Shown here: piece after piece, positions 24,701-38,100 of the stretch | Layout: the number at the start of each line of letters is the position of its first letter | Position numbering within the stretch: position 1 is the first letter of the stretch | Assembly: GCF_018977255.1 (NCBI RefSeq) | Contig: NW_024704742.1 | Location: 97,342,001 to 97,406,000, forward strand | Length of the DNA: 64,000 nucleotides | From: Callorhinchus milii | Lineage: Eukaryota | Reading direction: 5' to 3' | Made by a program: the position numbers and the translations under genes | Notes under the pieces: generated by a model | What the model saw: the letters and a program-made list of their open reading frames with translations, nothing else | The model's database searches: none | What the model was told of the DNA's origin: nothing

Positions 24701-27700
24701 GGGTTAAATGATCAAGCACCTGGTCAAATTATTGTAGCTCTGAACATATGGGAAAGAAATGGTCGTGTTGCACAAAGAACATTGGAAACTCACCCAGTAA
24801 TAATAATCCTTGCATTTGATATTTGATACCAAAATGATCCAAAATCGCACTTTGATGGAGATTGGTGCAAAAAATAGTGCAACAAAAAGTTTGTTTAACG
24901 TGTTAAATCATATTTTTGAAGTATTAATATATTACATACATTACATTCAATATTATTAAAAACTAATGAGAATTACATAGAATATACAGCACAGAAATAG
25001 GCCATTCGGCCCAACTGGTGCCGGCGTTTATGCTCCACACGAGCCTCCTCCTACCCTTCCTCAACTTAGTCTTATCAGCGTAACCTTCTATTCCTTTCTC
25101 CCTCATGTACTTATCTAGCTTCCCCTTCAATGCATCTATACTATTCGCCTCAACTACTCCTTTTAGTAGCAAGTTCTACCTTCCCGCCACTCTCTGGGTA
25201 AAGAAGTTTTTTCTGACTTCCCTATTTGATTTATTGGTGACTATTTTATATTTATGGTCCCTGGTTTTGGTCTCCCCCACAAGTGAAAGCATTGTCTTTA
25301 TGTCTACTCTATCAAAACCCTTCATAATTTTAAAGACCTCTATTAGGTCACCCCTCACCCTTCTCTTTTCAAGAGAAAAGCATCCAAGCTTGTTCAGCCT
25401 TTCCTGATAGGTATAACCTTGCAGTTCTGGGATCATCCTTGTAAATCTCCTTTGTACCTTTTCCAGTGCCTCTATATCCTTTCTATAATATGGGGACCAG
25501 AACTGTACACAGTACTCCAAGTGTGGTCTAACCAAGGTTTGATATAAGTTGCCTGCTTTTCATTTCTATCCCTCTAGAAATGAACCCGAATGCTTGATTT
25601 GCTTTTTTTATGACCTTATTAACCTGGTTTGCTACTTTTAGTGATTTGTGTATCTGTACCCCAAGATCCCTTTGTGCCTCTACCCCATTTAGATTCTTAT
25701 TTGCAGGCAGTATGTGACCTCCTTATTCTTCCTACCAGATTGTACCACCTCACACTTATCTATATTGAAATTAATTTGCTAATTAATAATAATAATCCTT
25801 GCATTTGATATAGCGCCTTAAAATCTTTGAGACATCTCAAAGTGTTTCACAGAATATACCTTAAAGTGAATTGACTGTATATTTTGTGGGCGAAACGCGG
25901 CAGCCAATTGCGCACAGCAGTGTCGCAAAAACAGTTGTGGATTGAAGTGACCAATTTTTTTTTTTTTTTTTTGAAGGAATTATTACCCCCGGAAAAGTGA
26001 TCAGCCAATTGACTAACAACCAGGTTCCTTCTTACAGCTAGGTAAACAGAGGTGTGTGGAGTAAGAAAATTTCCCAACATTTCTCACTGCCAGGAATCGA
26101 ACCCAGGTCTCTCGCTTGTGACGTGAAACCTCCAGTTGTATCACCAGAATGAAGTGCCTATTCGGAAAGTTTATTAATGTGTTGTTGTAATTTGTTGCAG
26201 TCCTCCTCAGTATTAACTACACCCTCCAATTTGGTGTCATCCACAAATTTTGAAATTGTATTTTCGATCCCCGAGTCAAAATCGTTAATGTAAATCGTGA
26301 ATAACAGTGGTCCCAATACGGATCCTTATAGAACACCATTAACCACTCTCTGCCAGTCTGAGTAGCTATCCATTATCCTACTCTCTGTTTTCTGTCTTGT
26401 AGCCAGCTTGCTATCCATTCTGCTACTTTTCCCCTGACTCCACGTGCTCTGACCTTATTCATTAGTCTATTATGCGGTACTTTATCAAATGCCTTGTTTG
26501 ATAATTAACAAGAACATTTTTCTGAGAAGCAAGAAATAATTTCACAGAAACACAGAAACATAGATACAGGAGTAGGTTATTCAGCCCCTCGAGCCTGTTC
26601 TGTCATTCTATAAGATCATGGCTGATCTGTACCTCAATTCATATTACCTGCCCTTGCCCCATATCCCTTGATACCCTAATCTCACAAATATTACATTTAA
26701 CTCATATGAAGCGTTCAGAATTCTGTTACATTATTGATATGAATGCAACTTTTCCAATATTCACCACAAGGTTATCAAGCATATCATAATTACAGTAGAT
26801 CATTGTGAGAGACCAGCAAAACTTTACAACAAGATGGTAAGACATTTAAATAGTTAGAATAATAGTATAACTGGATTTATTTTCTGTTTAACGATTCCCT
26901 TTAAACTGTAACATTTCAAGAAAAATAGCTGAATCTCAGAAAAAGAACTTGCGTATTTATTCTTGCCTCACTGTAACTAATGGATGTTGTGAATTTTAAA
27001 AAAATGAACTCAGGTGGAGCAGTTTAAGGGAAGGATGGCTGTATTGAGAGTCTTTTATTTGTAAAAAGCATTCCGATGATGAGGATTGAATATATGTGTG
27101 TATGTATATATACTATCTTATAACAAGGTCTGCTCTTTCATCCATTGAATAACAATGTAATACAGTATAGTTTTGGTTCATATTATGTAGTTCAAGACAC
27201 CAAATGGTTCACCAGAGGAGTCTGCCATCCATTACTGTCAACCACAACACTTGCCGCAGGCAGGGAAAATAACTTGTTGAAAATGGAGTCTATCATCTCG
27301 ACAGACTCCATATGTGTGTGTTATAAAGAACACGGCCAAAGAGTGATGCATCAGGTTTGAACACCAACACAGCACTTCAGTTGTGTGGAGATGCAGATTT
27401 GATCTTCTGCACTGCTGAGCTGCAAATCATATAGCTATGCTGCTGTCGAGACACCCAGCAGGTGCTAGTTATCTGTTCAGAGCAGGGAGGGTTAACAGGA
27501 AGGTGAGTCTTAAATATGTGTACCTACTCTTTGCTAATCTGGATGCAGTAGAGCTCCCTAATGATATACTTACCAAAGACAATGCCTCCAGAGACCGGGA
27601 CTAGACTTCTGAGAGAAAGTGCTACAACAATACCGGCTTTCCATTGCCAATCATTTTGCCTTGGATCCAGCTCAGCAACAGGAAGTCCCCGCTTACTTCC

Positions 27701-29124
27701 CCACTCAAGGAGGATAATCATGACATGGTACATCAAGAGATTGATATGGCAACTTAAATCCCTGAAACACACTGTAAGGGTAGGAGGGGACTGTTCTGTT
27801 TCAGAGGGTATGAAATCCTTCACTCTCTCCTTAATACTCCTGGTTCAAGCACCTTTTTTGGGTGAGACTGTGAGTAACTTGCTTCAGGGCCTTGATCTAA
27901 CTGAACGTTCCCTTCTCAAGGGGTGTCTTAAGTGAAGACACCCCACATCCGTGCCATGACAGCCCTCCCACTTTCCCTACCTCCAGAACATCACTCGGCT
28001 CCACCACTGTTTCACACCGCAGGCCACCGAGACCCTCATACACGCATTCATAACATCCCTGCTTGTCGGCCTCCCCAGCTCGCCCTCCACAGGCTGCAGA
28101 TCATCCAGAACTCTGCAGCCCTGTGTCCTCTCCCACACAAGGCTCCGCAACCCTATCACACCCATCCTCACCTGACTCCACTGTCTTCCCATCCACAGCT
28201 CAAGATCTTGGTACTCACTTTCAAAGCCCACCATGGTCTTGCATCCCCTACCAACTTTCCCGCTCCCTCCGCTCAGTGGGCTCCAGCCTGCTTCACGTCC
28301 CCCGCCTCGCCCTCCCCACTATCGTCGGGTGGGCCTTCAGCCACTCTGCCCCCACCGTCTGGAACTCCATCTCTCCCCCTCCCTTGCCTCCTTCAAGACC
28401 TTGGTATGTCCCATTGACGTGAAAGCACTATACAAATTTAATTTTGTTGTTGTTGAACTGTACACTGTGTTTTGGTGATCTCTCATTAGTCCTTTTGAAA
28501 CTACAGTGCTGGTCATGTTTTAATATAAGCTTTCAGATTCTATTGCATCAGCATTGTCATCCTTTGATCTTGTCACACGGCCATTTCTCCACTCTGTGCA
28601 CTTAATGCATAATGCTGAGAATTAAAGTATGAAAATCGATTTTGTTTTTAGTACAAAGTGACTTGAGCTCACAGTTCTGTGGATTCTCATGAGCTATTTG
28701 AATTTTGCTCTCATGGATTATTTGGCCATGAGGACCTTTCTGGTTTGAATTACCAGCTTTGTAATTTCCTGAAACTTTTATTAGCAGTGGTGGAACTCGT
28801 TGAGAGGAAATTGGGAGATTCTAAAAAACAGACCTTATAAGTCCATTTTATTACATTCTCCTTCAACAGTTTTTTCCATCTCCCACATTGAGCATTACAA
28901 ACAGTCTAATTTCTCTGTCTGCTTTTGAATGTAAATTAAGTGAGGTAGTGTTATGTATGAATTGGCTGCCCCCATATAGTCACTGCACTTTATAGTATAT
29001 CCAGTGAAGCATTTGGGATGTCTTCCTGACGTGAAAGGCGCTATATCAAATTACTGGGAAAATTCCTTGTCATGGAAATAATGTCTTGCAGTTTTTAAGA
29101 TCCACCTGCAGGCAGACACATGCC

Positions 29125-29155
<31 letters not shown>

Positions 29156-32100
29156 TTTGATATAGCACCTTTTTACATCTTCTAGACGTCTTACAGCACT
29201 TCACAGAATATATTGTAAAGTGAATTGACTGTATATTTTGTGGGCAAAACAAAGCAAAGGCAAGCCACAGCATATTTTCAGTTTCAATTTCTGCTTTACT
29301 GCAAATTGGTAAATAAGTAAATCACAACAATTGCAAAAAGTTGCTTTGAATATCTGTAATAAATAAAAAACATTTTTGAAAAAAATATTATTTTTATTGT
29401 TGCGAAAATATTGTGACCTAATCACTACTCTTTTAATAAGATACTTTCTACAAAGTCTTGATGATTTGAAATATAGCCATGAAGTGATTGACTTCATAAA
29501 TGTGTTAAATTAATAAAGGGCAGGAATATGCCAGTTGACAAGTCCTTCCTTTCCCTGTTACCTTCATATTATTAGGCAACATGTAAAACATGAACTGTGT
29601 TTTACATGTTGGATTTTGCCTTTGCTCTTGGATTTTGGCAGATCTTCACAAGATCACTAGAGATGCTTGCACAAAGAAGGCCGGTTATCCTATTCCATCA
29701 AAAGCAAGAGTTTTTAATTATTATCTTAATTTCTCTTTCAATTTATCTTTTTAAACAATGTCATACTTCAAATCAACTTAACGTTCCATAGTTCTGTGGT
29801 TTAATGTTTCCAAAAAGCTTTTAAAACAATTAGGAATAAAGATTTATGCTTGTTTTGAATGTCATTTGCAGTACAGTATAATCCAATTACCGTAGAAGCA
29901 GTGCAGACTTGGCCGAACAGTCAGCCTCCTCTTATTCGTCAAAATGCAGGTTGAGCAACACAGTTGTGACAATGTTTCAGATAAAGTCATTATACCTGGG
30001 CTAAGTAGTGGTTTGGAAAAGTAACAGGATGTTGTTTGTTTTGAGATGATAGTATTCCAAGAGTTTCTGGTGAGCATATCTTCAGTTTTCCTCTTGAATA
30101 TTTCTGCGCTCCAGTGGCTGATCAGAAAGCTAGTATTTGGTGCTTTAGTGAACAAGAATGTGAAGCAGAGAACTGGCAACAGATTATTTTGGAACCAAAA
30201 TATAGTTCACTGATCATTTAAGTTATGAACCAGCTTTTCAGGTCTATGAAGCCATCATAGACCTGATTAATTAAGTGTGCCTTTAGCATTTTATAGTTGT
30301 GTGTAAGTTTCTATGTTTAATTAGTCCCAGCTCATTCTGCCTTAGATCAGCTAACTCTGTGCGGACCGGAGAACAAACCAGGGAACTTGCTGGTCTGTAT
30401 TGCTCAGTTAAAGAAGAAAGCAGTAGCGGTAGCAAAGGTGCCTTTAGGGCAGCTAAGCCACCAACTTCAACACAAAATACATGCTTGAGCCAAGCAACAG
30501 ATTGCATACACTCGTTTTCTAAAAAGGCAACATAAGCGTGTTTGATCCAGTTCATGCCACCTCAAAATGCCTAAATAAACCCACAATGGAGTTTAGTGAA
30601 TATGGCCTATCCTACACTTTGGAGAAGGACTAGTGGCCAGAAACATTCATGCAATGTGACTTTTGCACAATTGTGTGTGTTGTATATACAGTGCATTCCA
30701 CAGCACCAGCAGCCTAAGGGTATTTCAGAACTGCTTCCGCTTGAAGTGGCTCTGTAATTTAAGTCGAGCACAAGAAAAACATTTGCAATTGTCTTTCCAC
30801 AGTTTCCGACTGATTTGTCACTTGCATTCTAAATCACATTTTGTTGGCATGCCTGGACTCCAATCATCTTTATATTCATGCTCAATTGTTAATGATGGTG
30901 ACCCTTTTTTTACAAATAGAATGAAAAATCTTTTAGTTTACATTATAATGTATACACTGTACACTTAAGTAAGAGCAAGTACTGTACAGTTGACATTCAT
31001 CTAGTGATTTATGAAAACTTTTCAGTTGATTAAAATTAAGAGTCTTGGCAGTTTCACTGCAGTAGCACAGACATTGGATTAGTGTCAGAATGTCATTCAA
31101 TTCACCTTGGAGCGTAACCGTGAAAAGTAAGAGATCAAGGTAATGGAAATGTTTAATAAATACGCATGTTGGGAATTGATCCATTTTAGCCACCCAGCCT
31201 TCCTTTCAGGGTTTGAATCAGTCAGGATTCAAGGAATGGAAGGACATTTTGTGTTTTAGTGGCTGTTGAAAGCTTGGTCAGTTCTAACCCAGTTACTTCT
31301 GGGTGCAAAAAAATCTGTGGATAATTTGGGGCAAATCTCACACTGGTAGCAAAAGACAGCGGAAGGAAGATTGTTTTAAAAAAATAATGCTGATTCATAT
31401 TAGAGTGCTTTTCTGAGACTGGGATTAAGACATTTTGTTGGAGAGAATGAGGGACTTTACTCTATAAGTATAGGTTGACCTGAAAGTTATTTCCATGGTT
31501 CTTAAATGCATCTTCTCCCACGGAAGAGATATTTATCCAACAGATCCATCTCTAACCCTGGCCAAAAAATTTGGGAAGGGTTAGAGGTGGATCTGTTAGA
31601 TAAATTATCCTGGTGGATCTTTCCAGCCAGCAGACTTGAAACTAGTTCACCACAAGAGCTGTTCTTTATTTAACAAAATCTCTCACGGACCAGATATATT
31701 TATTTCTTTTTTCTTGGGCAATATTTTTTCATTAATGCACTTTTCTTCTTTCTTGTGCCCTAATTCAGAGTGACTAATTTTAAAAATGCCTTCTCATCCT
31801 TTTTGTGTACAGACACTCGGGTAGATTTTCTGTGTTGGCAGGCTCCAGAGGGTTTGAAATTTATTGAATCTTGGCATGATTGTGGCAGCCACATTTTTGT
31901 GTACCTGGCAGCTCGGAAATACCCAATTTGGAGCAATGCTTTGTAGAAGTATTTTTTATTTTGGGTTTTGTGGCATTTCTTTAATTTTATACTCATTCGC
32001 CGCTGGCTCCTCGGATATAGGAGGCCTGAAATTTCTTATGTGCTTAGCCTGAAAACCGTTAACTTAAAATTTAAGGTTATTCGAAAATGTGGAAAATTCT

Positions 32101-35100
32101 TAAAATCGGTCTTAATTTTGAAGATGGTTTCTGCAGATCGTTTTTAAAAACTGAATTTAGGAATTTTCAAAAATTCACATTGTTCCTAAATTTTGCAAGT
32201 GGTTATAAGGTTAAGAACATGTGAAATTTGGGGTTTATGCAGTGGAAATGCGGATTTTGTGCTCAAAGCCTCCATTACATAGCAGAACAGATTGTATAAC
32301 CATATGAAAGTAGCCCCAAGCACTGCTAATGAATGATGTTCATCGTTTAAACACATGGCTTCTCCTTATTCCTGATAATCTGAGTGACAGCTATCAATGT
32401 AAAGCACACTCCCTTGTTAATTCACAGTTCTAAACAACGTATAGTTATATTATGCCATTATGTAAAAAGAAACACCTTGAAATGTTTTGCAGAGATTAAT
32501 TAGAAATGATGTGAATATTATTATGGAGAATCATTTACACCAAGCTCTACAAACAATGCAAGGCCTGAAATTTCATCTTACCTTGTAAGACCATTTTGTC
32601 TTAATATTTAAGATTGCACACAATTGGGGGAAATTCTTAAATTCGGTCTTAATTTGGAGGCCAGTTTCTTAAAAGGGAAGTTTTTCCAAAATAAGACTAA
32701 ATTAAAGAATATTTCTCAATTCTGCTCAATCTCAGATTTTAAGACAAAATTGTCTTGCAGGCTACAACTAAATATTATTTCAGTTTCGGACCATTAATTA
32801 GAATATAGTGTAAATTTAAAAAAGGGAGTGAAAACCAGGAGAAAAACGGTATGTTGAAGTGTTTGATCATTCCGCTTACAACTAAATCATAGCTGCCATA
32901 ACAGAAAAAAAACACTGTAACAACATCTTACATAAGGTAAGTTAGCTCAGTTGGCTGCACTCTGGGCTGTGAGTCAAAAGGTTGTGGGTTCAAGCATTAC
33001 ATTGTGGTTTTGAGCTCATAATCTCCTTGACATTTCAATGCAGTATCAAGGGAATGCTGCATTGTTGGAGATGCTGTGCTTCAAATGAAATGTTAATCTG
33101 AGGTCAAACCTAAGTATTCAGGTGGACGTAGAAGATCCAATTGGCACTACTTGAAAGGAGTAGGAAGTTGCTCTCGGTGTCCTGGCCAACAATCCTCAGA
33201 TAATATTGGCCATTCACTTCATGCATTAATTTGCTCCAAGGTTATATGCTTGGAAACAAAATGTCAGAATTGAGCTAACCCTCAATGGCAGTCTTGGTAG
33301 TCCAGTTCCTGAGTCAGGCAGGTCTGCAAGACTGCAGCACTGCTGATGACAGCCCAGTCTGCCTGCTTATTTGCAGGACTTGGAAGCGCAGACCACTCAC
33401 TGGGGGCTGGGATACTTCCCACTCAGCTCCTGTTAATCCTGCAAGCCCAAACCCTAAAAGGTAGGGTGGTGCTTGATGGACAAGCAGTGGGAAGGCTTGC
33501 GAGACAGTGCTCTAAATGGCAAGCTGCAGTTTTACCTGGTTAGACTCCAGCAGTACCCCAACACACACTCTGAGCCTTGGCTCTTGCTAACCTGTGCCTA
33601 ATGCTTTCTGGCATAGGTAAGCAGGATGCATCCCTCTGGGGAGAGAGTGCGCATTCCAATAAATATCTCAAAAAATTCTGTGTGTAAGTTGGATCTATGG
33701 ACATCTCAGTTTCATTTAGATTCACTTAAGCATGGTTTCCGCATCTGTCAGACACCCAGCTAGCCCCCTCCAAAATCCTTGCATTTGATATAACACATTA
33801 TCATGACATTGAGACATCTCAAAGCACTTCAAACACTATTGTATATTGTAAAGTGAATTGACTGTATACTTTGTGGGTGAAACGTGGCAGCCAATTAGAC
33901 ACAGGAGTGTACTTCAAGATAAGATTGCTGCACTTATGCAATTCAATGGCTATGTGGTTTGTTTTCCTAAATAGAGTCACGGGTATCAGCCCCTGCAAAA
34001 TCTGCTTACTCTTGAGGATGTGAAAGCATTAACTGGCTAGTTAATGGTTACATCTAAAGAATAACAATACTGAGCCACGCAAATGGTATTAACAAACTAC
34101 ATCCTCCTATTTTGCACATTCTAGTACAGTGCTTTATTTTGGCTTTGTGATTTTTAAAAAAGAAATGTTATTTCAGTGTGTTTTTTATTTCAACTCCCTT
34201 TCTTCACCTCTTTTCAGAAGAACTGCCCAATACAAAGGGATATGATTTGATTGGCGCAAGCAGCATTCTGGTCCCTGAGCCAAGTGGTGAATCTTCATAT
34301 TGTGAATTTAGCTGAGATGAATTTAGCATTGGCAGCCTGTTTGACTACAATAGACATTGTAGACGAACCGAGTCTTACAGTCCTATATGTACTCCACATA
34401 TTGTTTTTTGTTTGCACGTTTCAGAAGGCATCACTGCATGATGATTAGGAGTGTCTGATTTCACCTCCCCCTCCCGTTAGCCCAGGAATGCTGAGGCAGA
34501 TTTGTGCTCCTATCTGTGCCCTGTTCAAATCACTTAACTCAACACTCCACCCTTGGGATCTTCTTGGGTTATTCCTAAATTGTTTTGTTTTAAGGTTGCT
34601 GCCTACAGAATTATGGAAAATAATAATAATAGTCCTTGCATTTAATATAGTATCTTATCGTGTCTTCGAGACATCTCAAAGCGCTTTACAGAATATACTG
34701 TAAAGCGAATTGACTATATTTTGTGGGTGAAATTCCTCAATTCAGTATTCATTTGAAAGCCTGTGCTTTTTGAGAATTGTGGAAAACTGACTTCCAAATT
34801 GAGATTAATTTCAAGAATTTCCCACAAAAATGTGGTACCAAATTTTTAAGATGAATGGTCTTATAGGCTAGATATGGGTTGAATGTTCGTGTTAAGAAAA
34901 GGATTGGGCTCATCTGTGTTTGACCTGCCAACACTCAGTTGTTTAGACTCATACAAACAGGTTAGATAATTTGTAGAGGTTCCACCTGAACCACCACAAA
35001 AGGCATAATGTCTCAACTAAAGGATGGCACCTCCAACAATTAAACTCTTCCCCAATTCTGAACTGGAATGTCAGCCTAAGATTAAAATACAAAACCTCAA

Positions 35101-38100
35101 CATGAAGGAGAAGTAAAGAGTGACATTTATGATCAGGAAAAGTGATGTGGATGATAAACTTGTTTAAACCAATTAAGCTATGTTTATTTTTAAAAATTAT
35201 GTGCATCAAAATTGCTTGCGTTTTTTAATCAAATTGATTGCTGCTCTTTTTGAGGGACATCTAAAAAGTTGGAAAGTAGACCCAGTACTAAATTTTCTCC
35301 AGCCTAAGCCCCCACTCAACCAACAATTTCTACCCCTCTCCACCACCTCCCCACTCAAATCATATGCAGAAATTGTTTCATATGAAATGATAGAATCATA
35401 GAATTGTACAGCACAGAAGGAAGCCATTCGGCCCATCGTGTCTGTGCCAGCTCTTTGAAAAGAGCATCCAAATCAATCCCACTTCCCCACTCTCTCCCCA
35501 TAACCCTGCAAACATGTCCTCCCCAAATAATTATCGACTTCTCTCTTAAAACCTGTTATCGAATCAGCTTCCAACACCCTTTCAGGCAATACATTCCAGA
35601 TTGGAACAACTCGCTGTGTGAAAAAATTTCTCTTCACCTCCCCTCTGTTACTTTTAACAATTATTTTAAATCAGTGTCCTCGGATTACCGATCCACCTGC
35701 CAGTGAAAATAATTTCTCCTTGTTCACCCTATTGTGGAGTCCTGTAGCTCAGTGGTTAGAGCACTCGCTTTGCAAGTGAGAGACCTGAGTTCAATCCCAG
35801 GCAGGGCGAAACCTTGGGCAAGTTTCCTTACTCCACACTCCTAATAATAATCCCTCCAAAAAACAAAAACAATAATTAAATTGGTGATTTTCAATCTACG
35901 ACTGTTTGTGGACATTGCTGTGCGCAATTGGCTGCCGCGTTCGCCCACAAATATACAGTCAATTCACTTTACAGTGTGTTCTGTGAAGCGCTTTGGGACG
36001 TCCTCCTGACGTGAAAAGCGCTATATCAAATGCAAGGATTATTATTAATATTATTATTATATTGAATCCCCTCACAATTTTGAAAACTTCTATTAAATCT
36101 CCTCTTAACCTTCTCTGCTCCAAGGAGAATAATCTTAGCTTCTCTAACCTCCCCTGATAACTGAAGTCCCTCATTCCTGGTACCATCCTGGTAAATCTCC
36201 TTTGCATCCTCCCCAATGCCTTGACATCCTTCCTAAAGTGTGGTGCCCAGAACTGAACACAGTCTCTAGCTGAGGCCTAACCAGTGTTTTATAAAGATTT
36301 ATCATAATTTCTTGATTTTTGTATTCTATGTCCCTATTTATAAAGCCTAGTATCCCGTAATCTTTTTTAACAGGTTTATCTACCTGTCCTGCCACCTTCA
36401 AAGATTTACTTATATGAACCTCAGGTCTCTCTGTTCCTTCACCCCTTTTAAGATTGAACCAAATAATCTGTATTTGCTTAAAAACTTGCATTTGAAATTG
36501 GGAATCTTTTAAATAATCAAATTGGTATTCTTCAGTTTATGTTTATACTGATTATACTGTTATACCGTATGAATAATCCAAAAAATGAGTATATGTTCTA
36601 ACTAGGTAAACAATAGTAGGAAAGTCCCTGGTTGGCATAATTTGTAAACTGAGTTTAGAAATAATTTGACTCTATGCTGTACATTTATTTATTTCAACGT
36701 TTGAAATTTTTTTTTTACCATGCAGGTTAGTTTAATTTAAAATCATCAGCCGTTCAACAGCCAACACAGGAAACAGCTAAATTGCTCAAGTAAAGCAAAG
36801 TGCATTGGCCTGTTTCCCAGGTCACTTGTGAAGCATTCAGCAGAATGATTGTTTTATGTTACTTGGCCATTACTGAGTGCAAAGCAAATGGGATCCTGGC
36901 AATACATAGTGCCAAAAGTACACCTTGTGAAGAATTGGTACAAAGTCACACCGGTCCCTTTGGAAGCTGTGTTGGGTCATGTAATATGCACTAATCTTGC
37001 TGAAAGGATATCAAGAATGTAGAGTTTAGTTTAGTCTGAAAATACACTTGTGGAAGCAAAAGGTGCAGTATTAGGCACTGATGAACAAGGGATAGTAGTG
37101 ATGGAGAAAACTGGTACAGAGCAAGTGCCCAGAACATCGAGCATCTCAATTAAGGAGAACCGATATGTAGACTTTAGGGATGCTTTGAGGTCAATAGTGT
37201 ATTTGGATTTTATCAAGCAGTTACATGTCACCAGCCACCATTCATTATAAGTGAGAAGGTGTATTGGCAGTTGGCACCTTTCTGATACATGGTGCTATCT
37301 TTCAAATGTGTGTCATATTTACCAACAGCATTTTGTAAGCGTAAACAGTACTCTACAACAACACCAACAACAATGATAATATGCATTTATATGGTGGCCT
37401 TCATTCAGGATAGAGTCTCAGAGTGCTTCAATCACTCTAGTCTTCTTTGCTAATAATACTACAGTCAATACCAATGTAGGATCTAGGGATAAACCATTGC
37501 AGATTGAACTGAACATAATGTCCAAATGACCATGAAGTGAGAGGATGCCCTTTTTATGTGTGGGAGTGTTTTGTAATGCACTTTGTCACCACAATCCTCA
37601 GTTTGACTACCCTTTATGTGGTTGGCTGGCCAAGAAAAAGATTTGCAAGTGAACATTGATCAATCCTGAAGTCTCAAACAGTGTGATGTGGTGATTCTAG
37701 GTCCAACTGAATGCTATGATACATAGCACAGATATTAGACTGCAAATTAGAGGGGTTTATTCAGATACTAAACTGTGCTCTGGTGTCTCCACATTAAGTA
37801 CTGTGTCCAGTTGCAGGTGTCATACCTGGGTAATGGAGGCATGGAAGAAAGTGCAGAGACATGCCACTAGATTCTAATTCTTCAACTCTCGGAATTCTCC
37901 AGAATGACTACACCCTCTCCCCCACCCTGTTTGGCTTTTTTTTTGGTTTTCATTGGGATTTTTTTGCCTTCTCTATTTGATGTACTGCCAGCTGATATTC
38001 AAAAGTATCAGTTCTGTGCCATCACATAACCCTTCAGGAGTGACTGGTTACTGAGCCCACAGTGCATGATCTGGACTCAGTCAGATCAGAGAGCTCTTGC

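Noticed and set aside
27481..27502. Possible micro-exon before a strong donor (gaag|gtgagt)
   Set aside because: Weak acceptor, 22 nt would shift the frame, and there is no supporting homology.
35737..35808. tRNA-Ala(TGC)-like gene (also at 20311 and 45997)
   Set aside because: It is the head of a SINE: it continues into the SINE body and tail and is flanked by TSDs.
37050..37250. 66-aa ORF ending [12 protein letters not shown]
   Set aside because: No convincing splice context. The VYLDF.K motif suggests a very old CR1 RT remnant, as does the [12 protein letters not shown] piece near 37790-37875.
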